A DNA stretch of 64,000 nucleotides from Eledone cirrhosa (Eukaryota), in assembly GCA_964016885.1 (NCBI GenBank), contig OZ024747.1, positions 37,324,001-37,388,000 on the forward strand, given 5' to 3'. The notes under the pieces were generated by a model that was not told where the DNA came from, did not search any database, and saw nothing but the letters and a program-made list of their open reading frames with translations. Positions within the stretch are counted from its first letter, which is position 1. Every line of letters begins with the position of its first letter. Made by a program: the position numbers and the translations under genes. Shown piece by piece: positions 39,846 to 53,620 of the stretch.

Positions 39846-40299
39846 ACCGGAGGAAGACAGGAAGACGATACTTTGGTTCGTGGAAACGTTTCCTGGCAAA
39901 GAACGGGGAAAAACGAATATAATACGTCATTAATAGGAGCGGTGAAAAACAATTACACGCAAAGACAGAACCACGTTTATGGTATAAAAGAAGTCGTAGA
40001 CTAATGTTCTCTTAGGTGGTTCATAGAAACGTTCTCTGGCAATGAACGGAAAAAACGAAGATAATACGACATATGTGGGGCGTGGAGAACAATTGCACGC
40101 AGTTAAATGTAATCGGTTTCTCCTTCCCTTCAACTTGCTGAACTTGTGTCGTAATTAGAAATCATAATATAATTCCTTGCTTGTACTTTATTTGAAATTT
40201 TAACTGAAGTTGCCTAAGTTATTTTATCCAGACTTTAAGAAACCTCAAAAGTACTCAGTACATTTGTCCTCAAGAAAATGTATCGTGTAGAATAGTATC

Positions 40300-40436
40300 T
40301 GTTGTATGGACTGGGAATCGAACTCACAACCTCAATGTTGTATGGACTGTTAAATTCGTTTTGTTCGGTTTGCACGTGCTCACACATTTGCATATGGGTC
40401 ACGTGACCTGGGCAGTCGGTCAGCGTTGGTGTTAAA
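40300..40436 (+). repeat. 5' LTR (lacks the last ~19 bp)
   Basis: Matches 44725-44861 with 3 substitutions counted by eye. Confidence 0.9.
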
Positions 40437-40540
40437 AACTCGGTCACAGATTACTGACTTACTTTATGTTATTCTGCTACTGCGAGGAGGGGCGTTTTGG
40501 TTGTTTCGCAAATTACACAAATTATTTGATATAACTCGTT

Positions 40541-43500
40541 GTGTTTTCTCTGCGAGTACCGAGAGGAATACAACAGAGTTTATTGGCGTCGCCAGTTGCT
40601 TCGACACCAACAGCATTCATCCCACCATTTGCTGCTTTTGATTCAACAACAGAACTATGGCCTGATTACTGGTCAAGATTCTGCACGTTTGTGGCTGCTA
40701 ACGCTGTACCCGAGCAACGCATGGCACAAGTGTTCCTGACTAATCAGACGGCTGCTATCTACAAACAACTTGCAAATCTGGCTGCTCAACAAAATCCGCC
40801 TAAGAATATCAACAAGTTGACAATGGACGAAATTGTTGATTTCATGAAAGAACAGTTCGACCCAAAACTTTTCATTGTGAGAGAACGTTTCAAGTTCTGG
40901 AGTGACATGCAACGGAAGCCAGGCGAAACTCTCCAGGAGCTGGCAGCACGTATACGTCAGGATGCAGCTACTTGTGATTTTCCTTCGATCACAAATCCAC
41001 AAGATGAAGCTCTAAGACAGAGATTTATATGTTCTGTCAATAATGAAGCTGTGTTGAAGGCTATTTTCAAGATCAAGGATACAGAACTAGATTTCGCCCG
41101 TGCTGTCAAAGTTGCCATCGGGACCGAAGACGCAGCAAAGGTAGCCAAGGAAACTGTTTACGGTTCCAAAACCAAGCAAGTCTACAAGGTCCAGCAGAAC
41201 AAGAACAAGAGTCCTCGAAAGAACTATCAGCAGTCTTATTCCACAGACTAGGAGATGTGCTACCGATGTGGAAAGGCCCACAAAGCGACAGACTGCCCCT
41301 TCAAAGAAGCCAAATGTCATTTTTGTGACAAAAAGGGACATTTGCAAGCGGTGTGTAGAAAGAAACAACATCAGCAACGTAATCATCGCTCACAGAATTA
41401 CGTGAAAAGAATCACGAAAGCTGAGCTAGTCAAGGCGATCCTTGGTGAAGTTCTCCACGATACTCATAGTTTGAATGTGCCAATAACAATCCAGAACAGA
41501 CTTTTCACAATGGAATTGGACACAGCTACTACAGGCAATTTTGTTTCCTTGTCAGTTTGGAAACAATTAGGAAAACCGAAGCTGCAAGATGTCAAACATC
41601 GGTTTGAATCTGCCAGCAAGCACGACCTGCCCGTTCTGGGAACTTTCATGGGCCAAACCATGGTTCCAACGACCGGTAAACGGAATTCAATACCCTACAT
41701 CGTCACCAAGATCCCTGATCTTAATTTGCTGGGACGAAACGCTATCCAGACTCTGGGAATTTCCGTGGACAATGCTCTAGGATTGAAAAGCATAGACAGC
41801 CAGGCCAAGAGTGAGGGTGCAGAAGTGATGCATCCAAAGACCTCAAATGAGCCCTATATTTCCATGCAACGAGATTGTCACAACATGTGTGATGAATTCC
41901 CAGATCTCTTCAAGCAAGAATTGAGATGTCTTAATGACTTCGAACTGGAAGTGAAGTTCAAGTCGGACGCGACACCGGTCTTTCACAAGGCACGCCCGGT
42001 CCCGTTTGCCCTTCGTGATGACCTGGCCAAAGGTTACGAAGAGGGCATCGCCAAAAGAATCTGGAAGCCAATACAGTTCAACGAATACGGAACGCCAGTG
42101 GTACCGATTCGTAAAGCACATACTTCAGGCAACCTGAAGCCCAAACTACGGATTTGTGGTGACTACTCTGTGGGAATTAATGACCAACTTGCAGATCATC
42201 GTCATCCAATGCCACTCCCAGAGGAACTGATGCAGAAGCTCGGGGGTGGATTCGGATACACAAAGATTGATCTTGCTGATGCCTATAATCAGATCAAGCT
42301 GGCTCCAGAAAGTCAACGCAGGTTTGCACTCAGCACTCACCGTGGGGTGCTCCTGCAGGAACGACTCCCTTTCGGAATCAAGTCAGCACCTGGTTACTTT
42401 CAGGAGATCATGGAAAACCTGACTCAAGATCTACCTGGTGTGGCCGTCTTCCAGGACGACATGCTCGTCAGTGGGAAAGATGCAAACGATCACCTGAACA
42501 ACCTAAAGTGTCTGCTCACACGTCTGTGCGACAAAGGACTCAGATATCGCCGTGACAAGTGCCAGTTTGCACTACCCAGTGTGGAATACCTTGGACACAC
42601 CTTGTCGGCTGAAGGGATCGCGAAGGGATCCAAGGTCGAAGAAGTTTTAAAGATGCCACCTCCAACGAACGTCTCAAGCTTGAAGTCTTTCCTGGGTTCA
42701 GTTCAGTTCTATGGAAAGTTTATCCCAAACCTGGCCAGCATGGCAGAGCCACTCTATTTCCTTACGAAAAAAAACGACTACTTGGAAGTGGGGAGATGAA
42801 GAACAGTCAGCTTTCGATCAGTTGAAAAATGTGCTTTCATCGGATCGAGTTTTGATACACTTCGATCCAAACAAAACTTTGGGACTGGCTTGCGACGCGT
42901 CAAACGTTGGTATTGGAGCAGTCCTGTTTCATCGCTATCCTGATGGAAGCGAGCGCCCAATATCCAATGTGTCCAAGACTCTTACTTCTGCACAGCGTAA
43001 CTACGGCCAAATTCAAAAGGAAGCCCTGGCCATCATATTTGGCTTGCAGAAGTTCTATCAGTATCTGTACGGACATCAGTTTATACTCGTAACTGACCAT
43101 AAGCCACTGACATCACTGTTCAGTCCGAGGAAAGGGACGCCACTTCTCGCTGCTAACCGACTAGCACGGTGGGCCCTGTGGCTGAACCAGTTTGACTACA
43201 CCATCGAATATCGGAAAACAGCGGATCATGGCAATGCAGATGCCCTCAGTCGCTTGCCATTTGGTAATGACATCGACTTTGACAGGAAGGAAAATGGTGA
43301 AGACATGGACATGGTGTGCGCCATCAAAGCTCTCAGTCTTCAAGTCCAACCTATCGATGCTAACGTCCTCCGTCAAGAGTCAGGGAAAGATCCAGTGATA
43401 TCTACAGTGATACGCTACGTCCGTGAAGGCTGGCCACCAAACAATACTGAGATCAATGACGAAGTCAATAAGTTCCGGAAGTTATCGGATTCACTCAGTA

Positions 43501-44690
43501 TCTGCCACGGATGCCTTATCCATGGATCGAGAGTTGTGATTGCACATAGCTTACAGCCAAAGATCCTCAATCTTCTGCATCTCGGACACTTTCGCATGGA
43601 GCGCATGAAACAATTGGCAAGAACTGCTGTTTATTGGCCTGGTATCGATGCTGCTATAGAGAAAACCAGTCGACAATGTGATTCGTGTGGTGAACATCAA
43701 AACCAGCCATCCAAGTCTCCAGTTCACCCATGGATGTTACCTGAAAAGCCATGGAACCGCTTATACCTGGACCACGCAATAAATTTCATGGGCAGTAATT
43801 GGTTGGTGATCACGGATGCTTATTCCAAGTATCCATGCATTCATCCTACGTCATCCACGTCTTCCAGAGCCACTTTAGATCTGCTTGAAGAAGACTTTGC
43901 GCACTTCGGATTTCCTCACACGCTAGTCACCGATAACGCACCAACTTTTATTTCTGAGGAGTTCCAGAGCTGGTGCAAAGAACGTGGGATCACGCACCTG
44001 ACAGGGGCACCTTACCACCCACCTACTAACGGAGCAGCGGAACGTTTGGTGCAGACCTTCAAACAAGCTCTGAGGAAGACTTCTCTTCCGCCGAAGCGAG
44101 CACTTCAAGAGTTCTTGATGCAGTACCGGAGAACACCGACATCCAGTGGATTCTCTCCGAGTGAACTTTTGAATCACCGGCAGATACGGACAAGGATTCA
44201 TTCTCTGCTGCCCTCGCCAGCACACATCGCTCAAGGCAAGCAGTCTAAGGAAGCATATAAGTCTCAGATGACTCCGGACTCGGCAGGTGTCGCTAAGGTT
44301 ACCAGGCAGTACAAGGCTGGAGATCATGTGTATGCACTGTACTACGGACCTCGCCGAGACAAAGATCCCCGATGGGTACCAGCAATCATTAAGAAGTCAT
44401 TGGGTACTCGCTGCTTCAACGTTAAGGTCATACCTCATGGCCCGGTGTGGAGACGACACTGGGAACAGCTGCAACCGCGGTACACTACTGAGGAAGACAA
44501 TGAACCTGGTGATGCAGTAGACGCTGTTTTTGAATTTGCAACAGATCACCCGATGGAGATCTCGGAAATCGTGCCACTAACTCCAAGACAGACCAGACCC
44601 AAGACCTTGTTGCCCGTTCCAGAGTATGGACCAGACAATCGAAGACGGTCCAAGAGAACTCGTAAACCCCCAGAGAGACTTTGCTGTTGA
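40541..44690 (+). pseudogene. gag-pol polyprotein with an in-frame TAG (41249-41251) and a frameshift in an A-run (~42767-42775)
   Basis: Two Cys/His zinc knuckles (CYRCGKAHKATDC, CHFCDKKGHLQAVC), protease ELDTA, RT LPFG/FQDD, RNase H CDAS, integrase HHCC, TDNAP and TNGAAER. Confidence 0.93.
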
Positions 44691-44724
44691 TGCTTCTTTT
44701 GTCGCATCAATTTCGGTGGGGAGG

Positions 44725-44880
44725 TGTTGTATGGACTGGGAATCGAACTCACAACCTCATTGTTGTATGGACTGTTAAATTCGTTTTGTTCGGTTTGCAC
44801 GTGCTCACACATTTGCATATGGGTCACGTGACCTGGGCAGTCAGTTAGCGTTGGTGTTAAATATTAATGTGAATACAACA
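44725..44880 (+). repeat. 3' LTR (156 bp)
   Basis: TG...CA with 8-bp terminal inverted repeat, after the PPT and before the TSD. Confidence 0.95.
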
Positions 44881-46099
44881 GTATCGTTGAATTCAAGAAA
44901 GGATGATGTTGTTAGACCTCCATTATTTCCGGGGACGACTGCTCTATTTGATTCAATCAACAAAACTGCCTGAGCATTCCAAAGACACATACACTCTTAA
45001 AGTAGTTGACAAGGAAATTCATTTTGATACAATTTGTGACAAGGCTTGAATTATACGTACAACTCATTTTTGCCAACTTTATGTACTTGGACAATGTGAA
45101 ATGAAACTTTTGCTCAGGGATACAACATATCGCCCGTTCTGGAAATCGAACTCGTGACCTTACGATTGTACACCAAATACTCTAACTATTAAGCCACGTG
45201 CCTTCAGAGAAAGGATAAATATTTGATTTGACAATTTCATATCACATGTAAAACACTTTGAACTTTGTTCATTTTTCTCTTCATATGAAATTGCAAAATA
45301 ATGTTCATGATATAATCGTTTCTTTTATACATTTTGTTTATCTGTTCCTAACATGTTTGCACCTAATCGAGCAGATTAAAGGTGTGGCTGATCACACGAT
45401 ATATTTCATTAGAATGTCATTAGACCCTATATGCTTGATAAGAAATTTATTGAATTGGAAGACAGTTACTTAGTCAATTTTTCTTTACTCTTCAAGATAA
45501 GATTATTCAAAAATACGGCGAAAATAAACAACCCCTTTGTAAGAAACGGTATTAATGATTTGTCTATTCAGTCCGGGCAGCTTATTTGTCCGAAGTATAT
45601 GATCCCGCCAGGTGAGATATAGTATATAGACACGTAAATTTACATTTCAGTATATATCGGAAATACACGTTGCTCTCAAAATATATTTTACATTTATTAT
45701 TTTCATGATATATTTAAAAATAATTTCATGTTAAAATGGATGATATATAAACCAAAAAAATAATCACATATAATTATAGACAGAAAATTAATTTTATCGT
45801 CTGGTGATAAATGGCTATTTCTGAAGTCGCGTTCGTAATATAATATTTTTTACTAATCTTAAAATTATTATTTGCTTTATTTTTTTAAATAACCATATGT
45901 TAAAATGAATAATGAAAAAATACACTATAATATAAAACAACTGTCAAAAAATAATAAAGTATTACGAAACTTCAATATTACCAAAAGTATATATCACTCG
46001 TATTTACTGGCAATCATAAATAATATTGTCAGGCATAAGAGAAGTTCATTTTATTGATTTATTCAGCTTTAGGAAAATTCTGACTTTAGTACAAAACAA

Positions 46100-46500
46100 A
46101 GAAAAATGTTTAAGCATACCAAACTTAAAAGTCGACGAACATCGAATATTTCAAAGGAAATCTTCGCCGTTCGTCTCATTCTAAAATGCCTGTATACAGA
46201 CAATGCCATATATTTTGTAGTAAATGAGTTCCTCAACTTTGTCACAGAGTTTGGATTCACCTACATCTCAGTCAGCTCCAGATACGCACAATCGAATGGT
46301 TCCATAAAATAATAGATCCAAACTGTGAAAAATATTGAAAAAAAACAAAAAGCAAATCAATCAAATATGGACTGTCAAATATTCTTCAATGCCTAAGAGC
46401 AACAAAACTGACAGTCACTTCCTATCACGAGCGGAGGTCCTATTCAATAGAAAAATAAGAACGAGAACTCCTATGAAGAAAACTGACACCCGAAAAGACA
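46100..46500 (+). mobile_element. Old Gypsy integrase remnant
   Basis: LYTDNA..F..EF..F..EFGF...SSRYAQSNG...SRAEVLFNRKIRT. Confidence 0.7.
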
Positions 46501-46824
46501 ATCAAATCAGAGAAATGATGAATGTATAACTGTAGTTAAAATATGCAAAATAACTGTTATATATTAGATGACGAACGTAAGAATGAGGGATCTACCACTG
46601 AAGTTTTGAGTCGGATTTCTGTTGACCAGTCTAATAACAGGTCCGTAGTAATGAACCTCCATCAAAATACTTTCCTGATTTAGTAAAGTGTCTCTTTCAA
46701 GAAGATAACACATGCCTACCAACAAGTTATAGACAAATACACAGAACCACGTAGTTACATCGTCAGAATACATAACGATACAAGACTGCTCAAACACAAC
46801 AAGCGTCAGTTGCAGAGGCTACAC

Positions 46825-47150
46825 ATCATCATCACCGTTTAACGTCCACTTTTCCATGCTAGCATGGTTTAGACGAGTTATCCTGTTGTGAGTAATGCCA
46901 GGTTAGGCGACCATGTCTTTATCATACAGAACTGATTTGGGCTTGGTTTCTACAGCTGGATGCCCTCCCTAGCGCCAATCTCATTTACAGTGAGTACTGG
47001 GAGCCTTTTGTCGTGACGCCTACACAACCCTTTTACAGTGTGAACTGGGTGATTTTTGTCATGACACCTACACGACCACTTTACAGTGTGGGCCGGGTGC
47101 TTTTTGCCGTGTCACCATCATGACCACTTTACAGTGTGGGCTGGAGGCTT
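46825..47150 (-). mobile_element. RTE LINE 3' UTR/tail fragment
   Basis: catcatcatcaccgtttaacgtcc...ccatgc is the reverse complement of the end of the 60393-62650 element. Confidence 0.7.
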
Positions 47151-47649
47151 CACTCGATGTATACTTCAAATTATCCTCATGGGAGATGTATGGGAGTGGG
47201 TCAACTCCAGTTTACCAGCTCAACAGATCAGACAACAATCCATCAGCATCGGCCTGTGGGAGAGCTGGCCCTGTGGTGAATGTCAGTGCTCCAGCTGCCA
47301 CAGTTCAGTGTGCCCGGCTCACACTGCCGTAGATGCAGACTGACCAGCCACCAGCGCTATTAGGCCACCGTATAGGAACCCACCCCCCTCCCGAAAAAAA
47401 ATTAAGGACTTCATATGGAGCATAGATACCTAGCACATTGACTAATTCATAATTTTTAACTTCTCATTTTATAAGAGATATATAACAAGATGTTTTGATT
47501 TAATATTTCATGTGTGTGCTTTGAAAAAATTATGATACATGATTCAATATTTTTAATAAAAGATAATCAAGATGGTGAAATAAAGTAACCCGTTTAAAAC
47601 ACCTGCTTCATTTGTGTAAAACATGTCATACACAAACATATATATATAT

Positions 47650-47846
47650 ATAGTAGTAATAATAGGTACAAATACCAAAATCCAGAAAGAATTAGATTAG
47701 GGTTGTATATAAGTATATAAAAACCCGTTGAGCAAATATTCATTATTAGCAAAGATTAAAAGTTTAAGCCAACAATTTCTGCTTACACCCCGCTTTAGAG
47801 TGAAAGCAAAAATAGTTTGCTTAAACTTTTAATCTGTGCTAATAAT
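47650..47846. repeat. Family E-related copy ending in a fold-back (47743-47846)
   Basis: attattagcaaagattaaaagtttaagc / gcttaaacttttaatctgtgctaataat; right arm carries GAAAGCAAA aatag TTTGCTT AAACT. Confidence 0.7.
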
Positions 47847-50026
47847 GTATATATATATATATATAATATATGTATATGAATTTATCGTCAGTGTTGCTCA
47901 AAAGTAACAGAAATCGATAAACCTGGAATGGCCCGATCAGCTCTTTATGGTCAACCAAAAAAATTCCTTGTCTCGGAGTGGAAATTATAAATTCGATTTT
48001 GAAAGGACTTTGTACAGAATGCATTGACAACGTGCAAACAGTGCTCAAAGAACAGTAACAATTACGCAAGGGAAATTCATTTACCTGGATTGTCGAAATG
48101 CAAATTATATATTCCATAAATATCTTAAATCTTTTAGCATTGTACACTCAAGCAGAGCGTTGTCCAATAGAGAAAATATAAGTCCCAGAGGAAGATCTGC
48201 TAATTTCCCCACTCTCTCTGTATTCGGAATAATGGCTTCTGATATTTTTGACCATTGCGTTATTTCCATTTGACACCCTTCACTACAAAACTATAAGCTG
48301 AAAACCAGTCAGATTCCTGTAAGCATTCCAGCCATGACCATCAAATCCCTTCAAAGATAACTTATCTCAGACTATTTTATTCAGGTCACACTTCCATTTT
48401 TAAAGACGGGATAGTGTGATTTGAGTGAGATAAAGGTGTTATTTCTAGCAGTTGGGCTGATTACTTACACCCTTCTACGGTGACTCAAATGTTGTTGTTG
48501 TTGTTTGACCCCAGGCGAATCACGATCAAGCAGACTGGGGAGCAAAGATATTTCATCAATGTCTTAATCTTTAAGGAGATTTTGCAGGTTTTTCTAGAAG
48601 GTCGAACGACCACATAGTGAGACCCATCATTAGTTCGGATTGGTGATAGGTTTTGGCATTAATTTTTTAACTTTCATAAAATTTCAGTATCAGACGTTGT
48701 CTGAAAATAGTTGGCTTAGATATAAGCAAGCTCTGATACATTGATTGAAATAACAATGCTAAAACTGTTTAAAGTAATACATTGATAAATATAACTGAAA
48801 AGACATAATTACAGAATTAGTGTCCACATATAAAGTGTGGTATTATGGCATAGAAAATTATTTGACATGGGAGTGTAGAATGTCTAATTGAAAACTTAGG
48901 CTTAGTTAGTGTCGCAATGTGGTTAGGTTAGAAAATGTCAAAAACTAGGTTCTCTAGCTTACCAAGTTATAAACTGAAATTATTTCATTTTGGACCAGAG
49001 AGTGCACAAGGAAGGTGAGGTGCACATTGTAGGGCTAGCCTAGAATGCCAATACCCAATTGCTGACCAGGACCTGACTTTCATTCGCTGAAACCCTAAGC
49101 TATATGAAATTTGGGGCCGTTTAAAAAAATATTATTATTTTTTATATTAATGTTAATGATAAAGAATAAGTAATATATGCATATATAATTTTTTATGATT
49201 TAGTATTAAAAACTAAAAACTAATGATAAAACAAAAATAATCTTTTTGAAAATGAGGCGTCCAAGGGTGTGTGGTCATAAGCAGTAGCTTATTTAGTTTA
49301 TAGGTGAGTTCAATACTGGTGTTGGTCTTGATGTTATTGTAATTTTGCGAAAATTATTTGGGTGGTTAAAATATTATCTGCCTATCTAGGTCACTACATA
49401 TCTACGTAAATACTTGCCTACTGAATAACATACCTATGTAACCATACAGTAATTCTAATTTCTTGGAGCACGGCTCTTGTGTATACATTGATTTAAGTGA
49501 TGAAATATGACTCCCATTTGGTAAATATTCAATTTTATCAAACTCCACGATGTTTATACATTAAAACTGTGTTAGCAAATAAAATCTCTTACTACTAATA
49601 ATATTGTACCAATAGCTGTACCGCTGTAAATAGATAAACATAGATGCTTTGATTAGAAAATTGAGTTTCAGTATACTTACGTTGAAATGATAGATAGATG
49701 AAATTGCAGTTCAACGCAATAATGGTTTCTGATTTAGGCACAAGGTCAACAATTTGGGGGAAGAGGAAAGTCGATTAAATTGACCCCATTGCGTTATTGG
49801 TACTTTACTTTATTGACCCCTGCAAGGATGAAAGACAAAGCATTTTGCCGACGTCCTACTGATATTGCCAAGCCTCCACCCTGAGAAACAGAAATAATAA
49901 TAATAATCTGAGTTAAAATTAATTTATTGTGTAGATTGCCCGTAATCGGTAGAGCGTCCGATAATATGCTTTACGGCATAGAGTTATGGCACTTTACGTT
50001 CTGAGTTCTGGCAGCATAGTCTACAG

Positions 50027-52264
50027 CAGTGATTCTCAACGTGGTCCACATAGCATTTCTAGTGGTCCACAGAGAATTCGTAGCAATAAAAAAATTGTAG
50101 CCATTTCACAAAAATGTAACTAATATAATATTTTGTTTAATTACACACATGTCCATTATATTTGAAAATTTCGGAATTACGTAGGTATTATGCAGTGCTA
50201 TATTTATTTTATTTTTTTTATTCATATAAAAAATGGTACTTGTAACGAATGTACGTACCGTGAAATCTTCTTCGTTGATAACTAAAACGGACAGACAGAC
50301 GGACATTCGGCAAATTAGAGTAAGATATTCAAGAGAATAGCAAAGACTCGGTACATATATCCGCCACAAGGACCAAAAAAATTATTCCTATGCTAATAGA
50401 TCACTACACAATATTGTTTGATAATAAATTTGATTTTTCTAATTTATAGAAATAAAGTTGTTTTTTTTTTTTACATATCAGTTGTAAGAATGTCTGAACC
50501 AACTGCTAAAAAGGCAAAACTGAGGAATTACACAGATTTTATCATGTTTGGCTTTGTATCTGTAGACTCAAAACCTATGTGTCTTGAATGTGGTGCCATC
50601 TTGACAAATCATTCCATGAAGAAAGTTAAGCTGGAGCAGCATCAGAAATCAAAGCATCTGTTGGTAAAGATAGGGAATATTTTGAGAATAAAAGTAAAAG
50701 ACAGCCAGTCAAACTATCCGACTTTGTAAAGAAGATGAATACTGCAAAAGCAAAGACACTCAAACCAAGTTATTTGGTCTCTGAAATTATTGCCAAGGTT
50801 GCAGCACCTCAGGTTTATGGTGAGAAGCTTGTCAAGCCTGCTATGATAGCTTGTGCAAATGAGGTTGTGGGAAAAGATGCTGCATCTACCCTGAGTATAA
50901 TTCCACTTTCAAATGACACTATTACAAGAAGACAGGATGAAATGACTAATTTTGTTGAGGAGAAGATGGTGGAAATTCTGCAAAAGACAAAGTTTTCTAT
51001 CCAGGTTGATGAGAGCACAATTGATAACCAAGCTATCCTTCTGGTCTATGTCAGATTCAACCATGATATAAGGGAAGAAATGTTATTCATTAACAGTTTG
51101 CCTGAAACTACTAATGGAGAAGATATATTCAATGAAGTAATGCAGTATTTTAATGATAAAAATATTCCATTGACTAATTTGATCAACATTGCATCAGATG
51201 GATCTACAGCCATGACTGGAAAAGTGAAAGGCTTTGTTTCTAGAATGAAATCAGTTGCTCCTCACATCTTTTATATACATTGCATTATCCACAGACAGCA
51301 TTTGGTTGCTATGAATATTGGAGGAGACATGCAAGAAGCACTCAACACTGCCATACATGCAATTAACTTTGTCAAATCAAACTCAGTGAATAATAGATTT
51401 TTTGTGCAATTCTGTGAAGATGAAAATTTAAAAACCCTATTGCTTCACACAGAAGTAAGATGGTTGTCAAAAGGGCTGAGCCTTGAAAGACTAGTGAATT
51501 TGTGGGAACCATTAATCAACTTTCTCATGTTAAAGTCCCAAAAGACTCATTATAACTCCAAGAAGCAAGCTGATACAGCTAAGGAAATTTTGGGGAAATT
51601 GAAATTTTGGAAAAAACAGTTTGAGAAAAAAAATTTAGCAACATTTCAAAATTTCAACACCACTGCTCCTACATCAGAATGCATTGCTGCATGCATTGCC
51701 CATCTTGAAGGTCTTTATGTACACTTTGAGAGAAGATACAATGATCTATTAAAGATGGATTATCCACTCTGGTTTGTAGACCTAGAAAATTATGAGCCAG
51801 GAGATGAAAATGTTGAGTTGGCTGAAATGTTGTTGGACTTGAAAGAGAATGTAAAACTGAGAAGAAGAGTTGTCAAAGAAGGTGTCTTTGCCTACATATC
51901 GATAAAGGACTCGCACCCAAATATTTTTCAACATGTAGAAGCAAGCATCATTTCTTTCCCTACCACATGGATGGTGGAATCTGGATTTTCAGCTGTTGTA
52001 GATGTAGAAAAAGAAATAAATTAGATCTCAACAGCAGAGGAACTATCAGACTAAGACTGAATGACTTCATCAAAATTGATTTTGATATCCTGTGTTTAAC
52101 CTTGTTTACTAAAATAAAATTTAAAGTGTAAATAGACTCTTTTGTCTTTTCATTAAGTATTTTAGTGTGAAAATGGAACAGCTTAAAAGTAAAAGTAGGA
52201 GTGGTCCATTGGAATTTTTTGAAGAAAAAATGGTTCATGGGCTGAAAAAGGTTGAGAAGCACTG
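50027..52264 (+). mobile_element. hAT transposon (Buster/Charlie-like)
   Basis: TIRs CAGTGATTCTCAAC / GTTGAGAAGCACTG; 8-bp TSD GTCTACAG at 50019-50026 and 52265-52272. Confidence 0.95.
50490..52024 (+). pseudogene. hAT transposase, frameshifted after the BED finger and near the C-terminus
   Basis: MSEPTAKKAKLR NLS, CLEC..H..H BED finger, IPLSNDTITRR, FSIQVDEST, SDG..AMTG, HCIIH, HTEVRWLSKG and TTWMVESGFS. Confidence 0.9.
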
Positions 52265-52339
52265 GTCTACAGCACTGTTCCTTATTCTTTCTGACTAAGC
52301 TATAATATTGTTATTCTATTTTCACTATTCCATGCTTGA

Positions 52340-53620
52340 ATAGGTTAACAGGTCTTTTGCAGCATAGTATCCCTCCACTCACAGTGGTCTTGCATCACCT
52401 CTGTGAGATTCAGCAACTTGAGATCAGCTTTCATGACCTCTGCCCAGTTCTTCCTTGGTCTCCCTTTATTGCAGATTTCCTCCCGCTAGGATTTCTTGGT
52501 ACTTCCTCACCCAGTGATCCTCATCCCTACACATCACATGTCCATACCAGTGCAGTCTTTTCTCTTGCACACTATATCTGATTCCTCTTATATCAAGGTA
52601 TTCTCTCAGCTCATCCATGCTTTGTCGTTTTTGTATGTTAACATTGTCCTTCTATCAGAGCATGCTTCCTTTCTCTCCACCCTTCGCATATTCTCTGCAT
52701 TCAATATCCATGTCTTACTACTAGTGAACCTTTCATTCATTGAGAGAAACCTTTTGTTGCTATCAGAAGTAGTCGCTCCTGGAGCTTTTTCAATCTTGTT
52801 TTTATTCCAGTAGCTAAGCTCTCAGAGAACGTCCTTTTACTACTAATTAAGTCACCTAGGTAACAAGCTATCAACCACCTCATTACCAACTATCCATATG
52901 TATCTGCCATAAACAAAGCCTTCTTCATCCCTTTGCTTCCTACCCCACTACACCTCTTGTCTCCCAAAGACTTAAATTGTGTACATTGTATATAGTTTCT
53001 ATCTACTCCTTTTCTAGATATCGAGTAAGGCTAAGTCACTGATGGCATCAGCGTCCTATCTTCTACTTACTAAAATTTTCAATTACTTTAAGTGCTTTTG
53101 ATTCTAACTTCTGTTACCGAAGTCAGACTGTCTACTCTAGCTCTTCCACTGATTCAGCTTTATCAACCAAGTTGTCAGCATACAGAAGTTCCCATAGACA
53201 GGCAGTCATAAACTCCCCTGTTATGGCCTGGAGAACTATAATAAACAGATGCGGGATGAGGTCTGACCCCTGATGGACACCTAACTGTGCATTCAATTCC
53301 CCACTCAATTTATTACCTAATCTCACTTTACTGACAGCTTCTCTGTACATAACTTGCACTACTCTCACAAGACATACTCCTATGCCTAGCTTCCTTAGGC
53401 ACCACCAGATATCAAATCATTGTTTTCTGTCAAAGGCTTTGTGCAGATCAATGAAAACTAGATATAGTGGCTTTCACTTATCTAGGGACTTCTATTTTAG
53501 TTGTTTCACTAAAAAGGGAATATCTGTGTTGCTCCTCTCTTGCAGTATATCAACCTGCATCTCATCAATTTGACTCTTTCCCTAATTAGCTATGCTAAAA
53601 TTTTTCTGTCACTCTTCAAG
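52340..53620 (-). mobile_element. Degenerate RTE LINE
   Basis: GVHQGS..P.LFIIVLQAIT.EF..ACLWELLYADNL, homologous to the ORF starting at 60605. Confidence 0.8.

Larger units (their letters stand above)
40300..44880 (+). mobile_element. Near-complete Ty3/Gypsy (Mag-like) LTR retrotransposon
   Basis: TSD GTATC at 40295-40299 and 44881-44885; termini TGTTGTAT...ATACAACA; PPT ggtggggagg at 44715-44724; domain order gag-PR-RT-RH-IN. Confidence 0.97.

Noticed and set aside
41249-41254. Programmed stop-codon readthrough between gag and pol
   Set aside because: The TAG lies before the gag zinc knuckles, so a nonsense mutation is more likely; the copy has other lesions
42765-42780. Programmed ribosomal frameshift at the A-run
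   Set aside because: It falls in the RT-RNase H connection, not at a gag-pol boundary; a homopolymer indel or sequencing error is more likely
46755-46775. CTGACGA on the minus strand
   Set aside because: No stem II-GAAA or flanking stems
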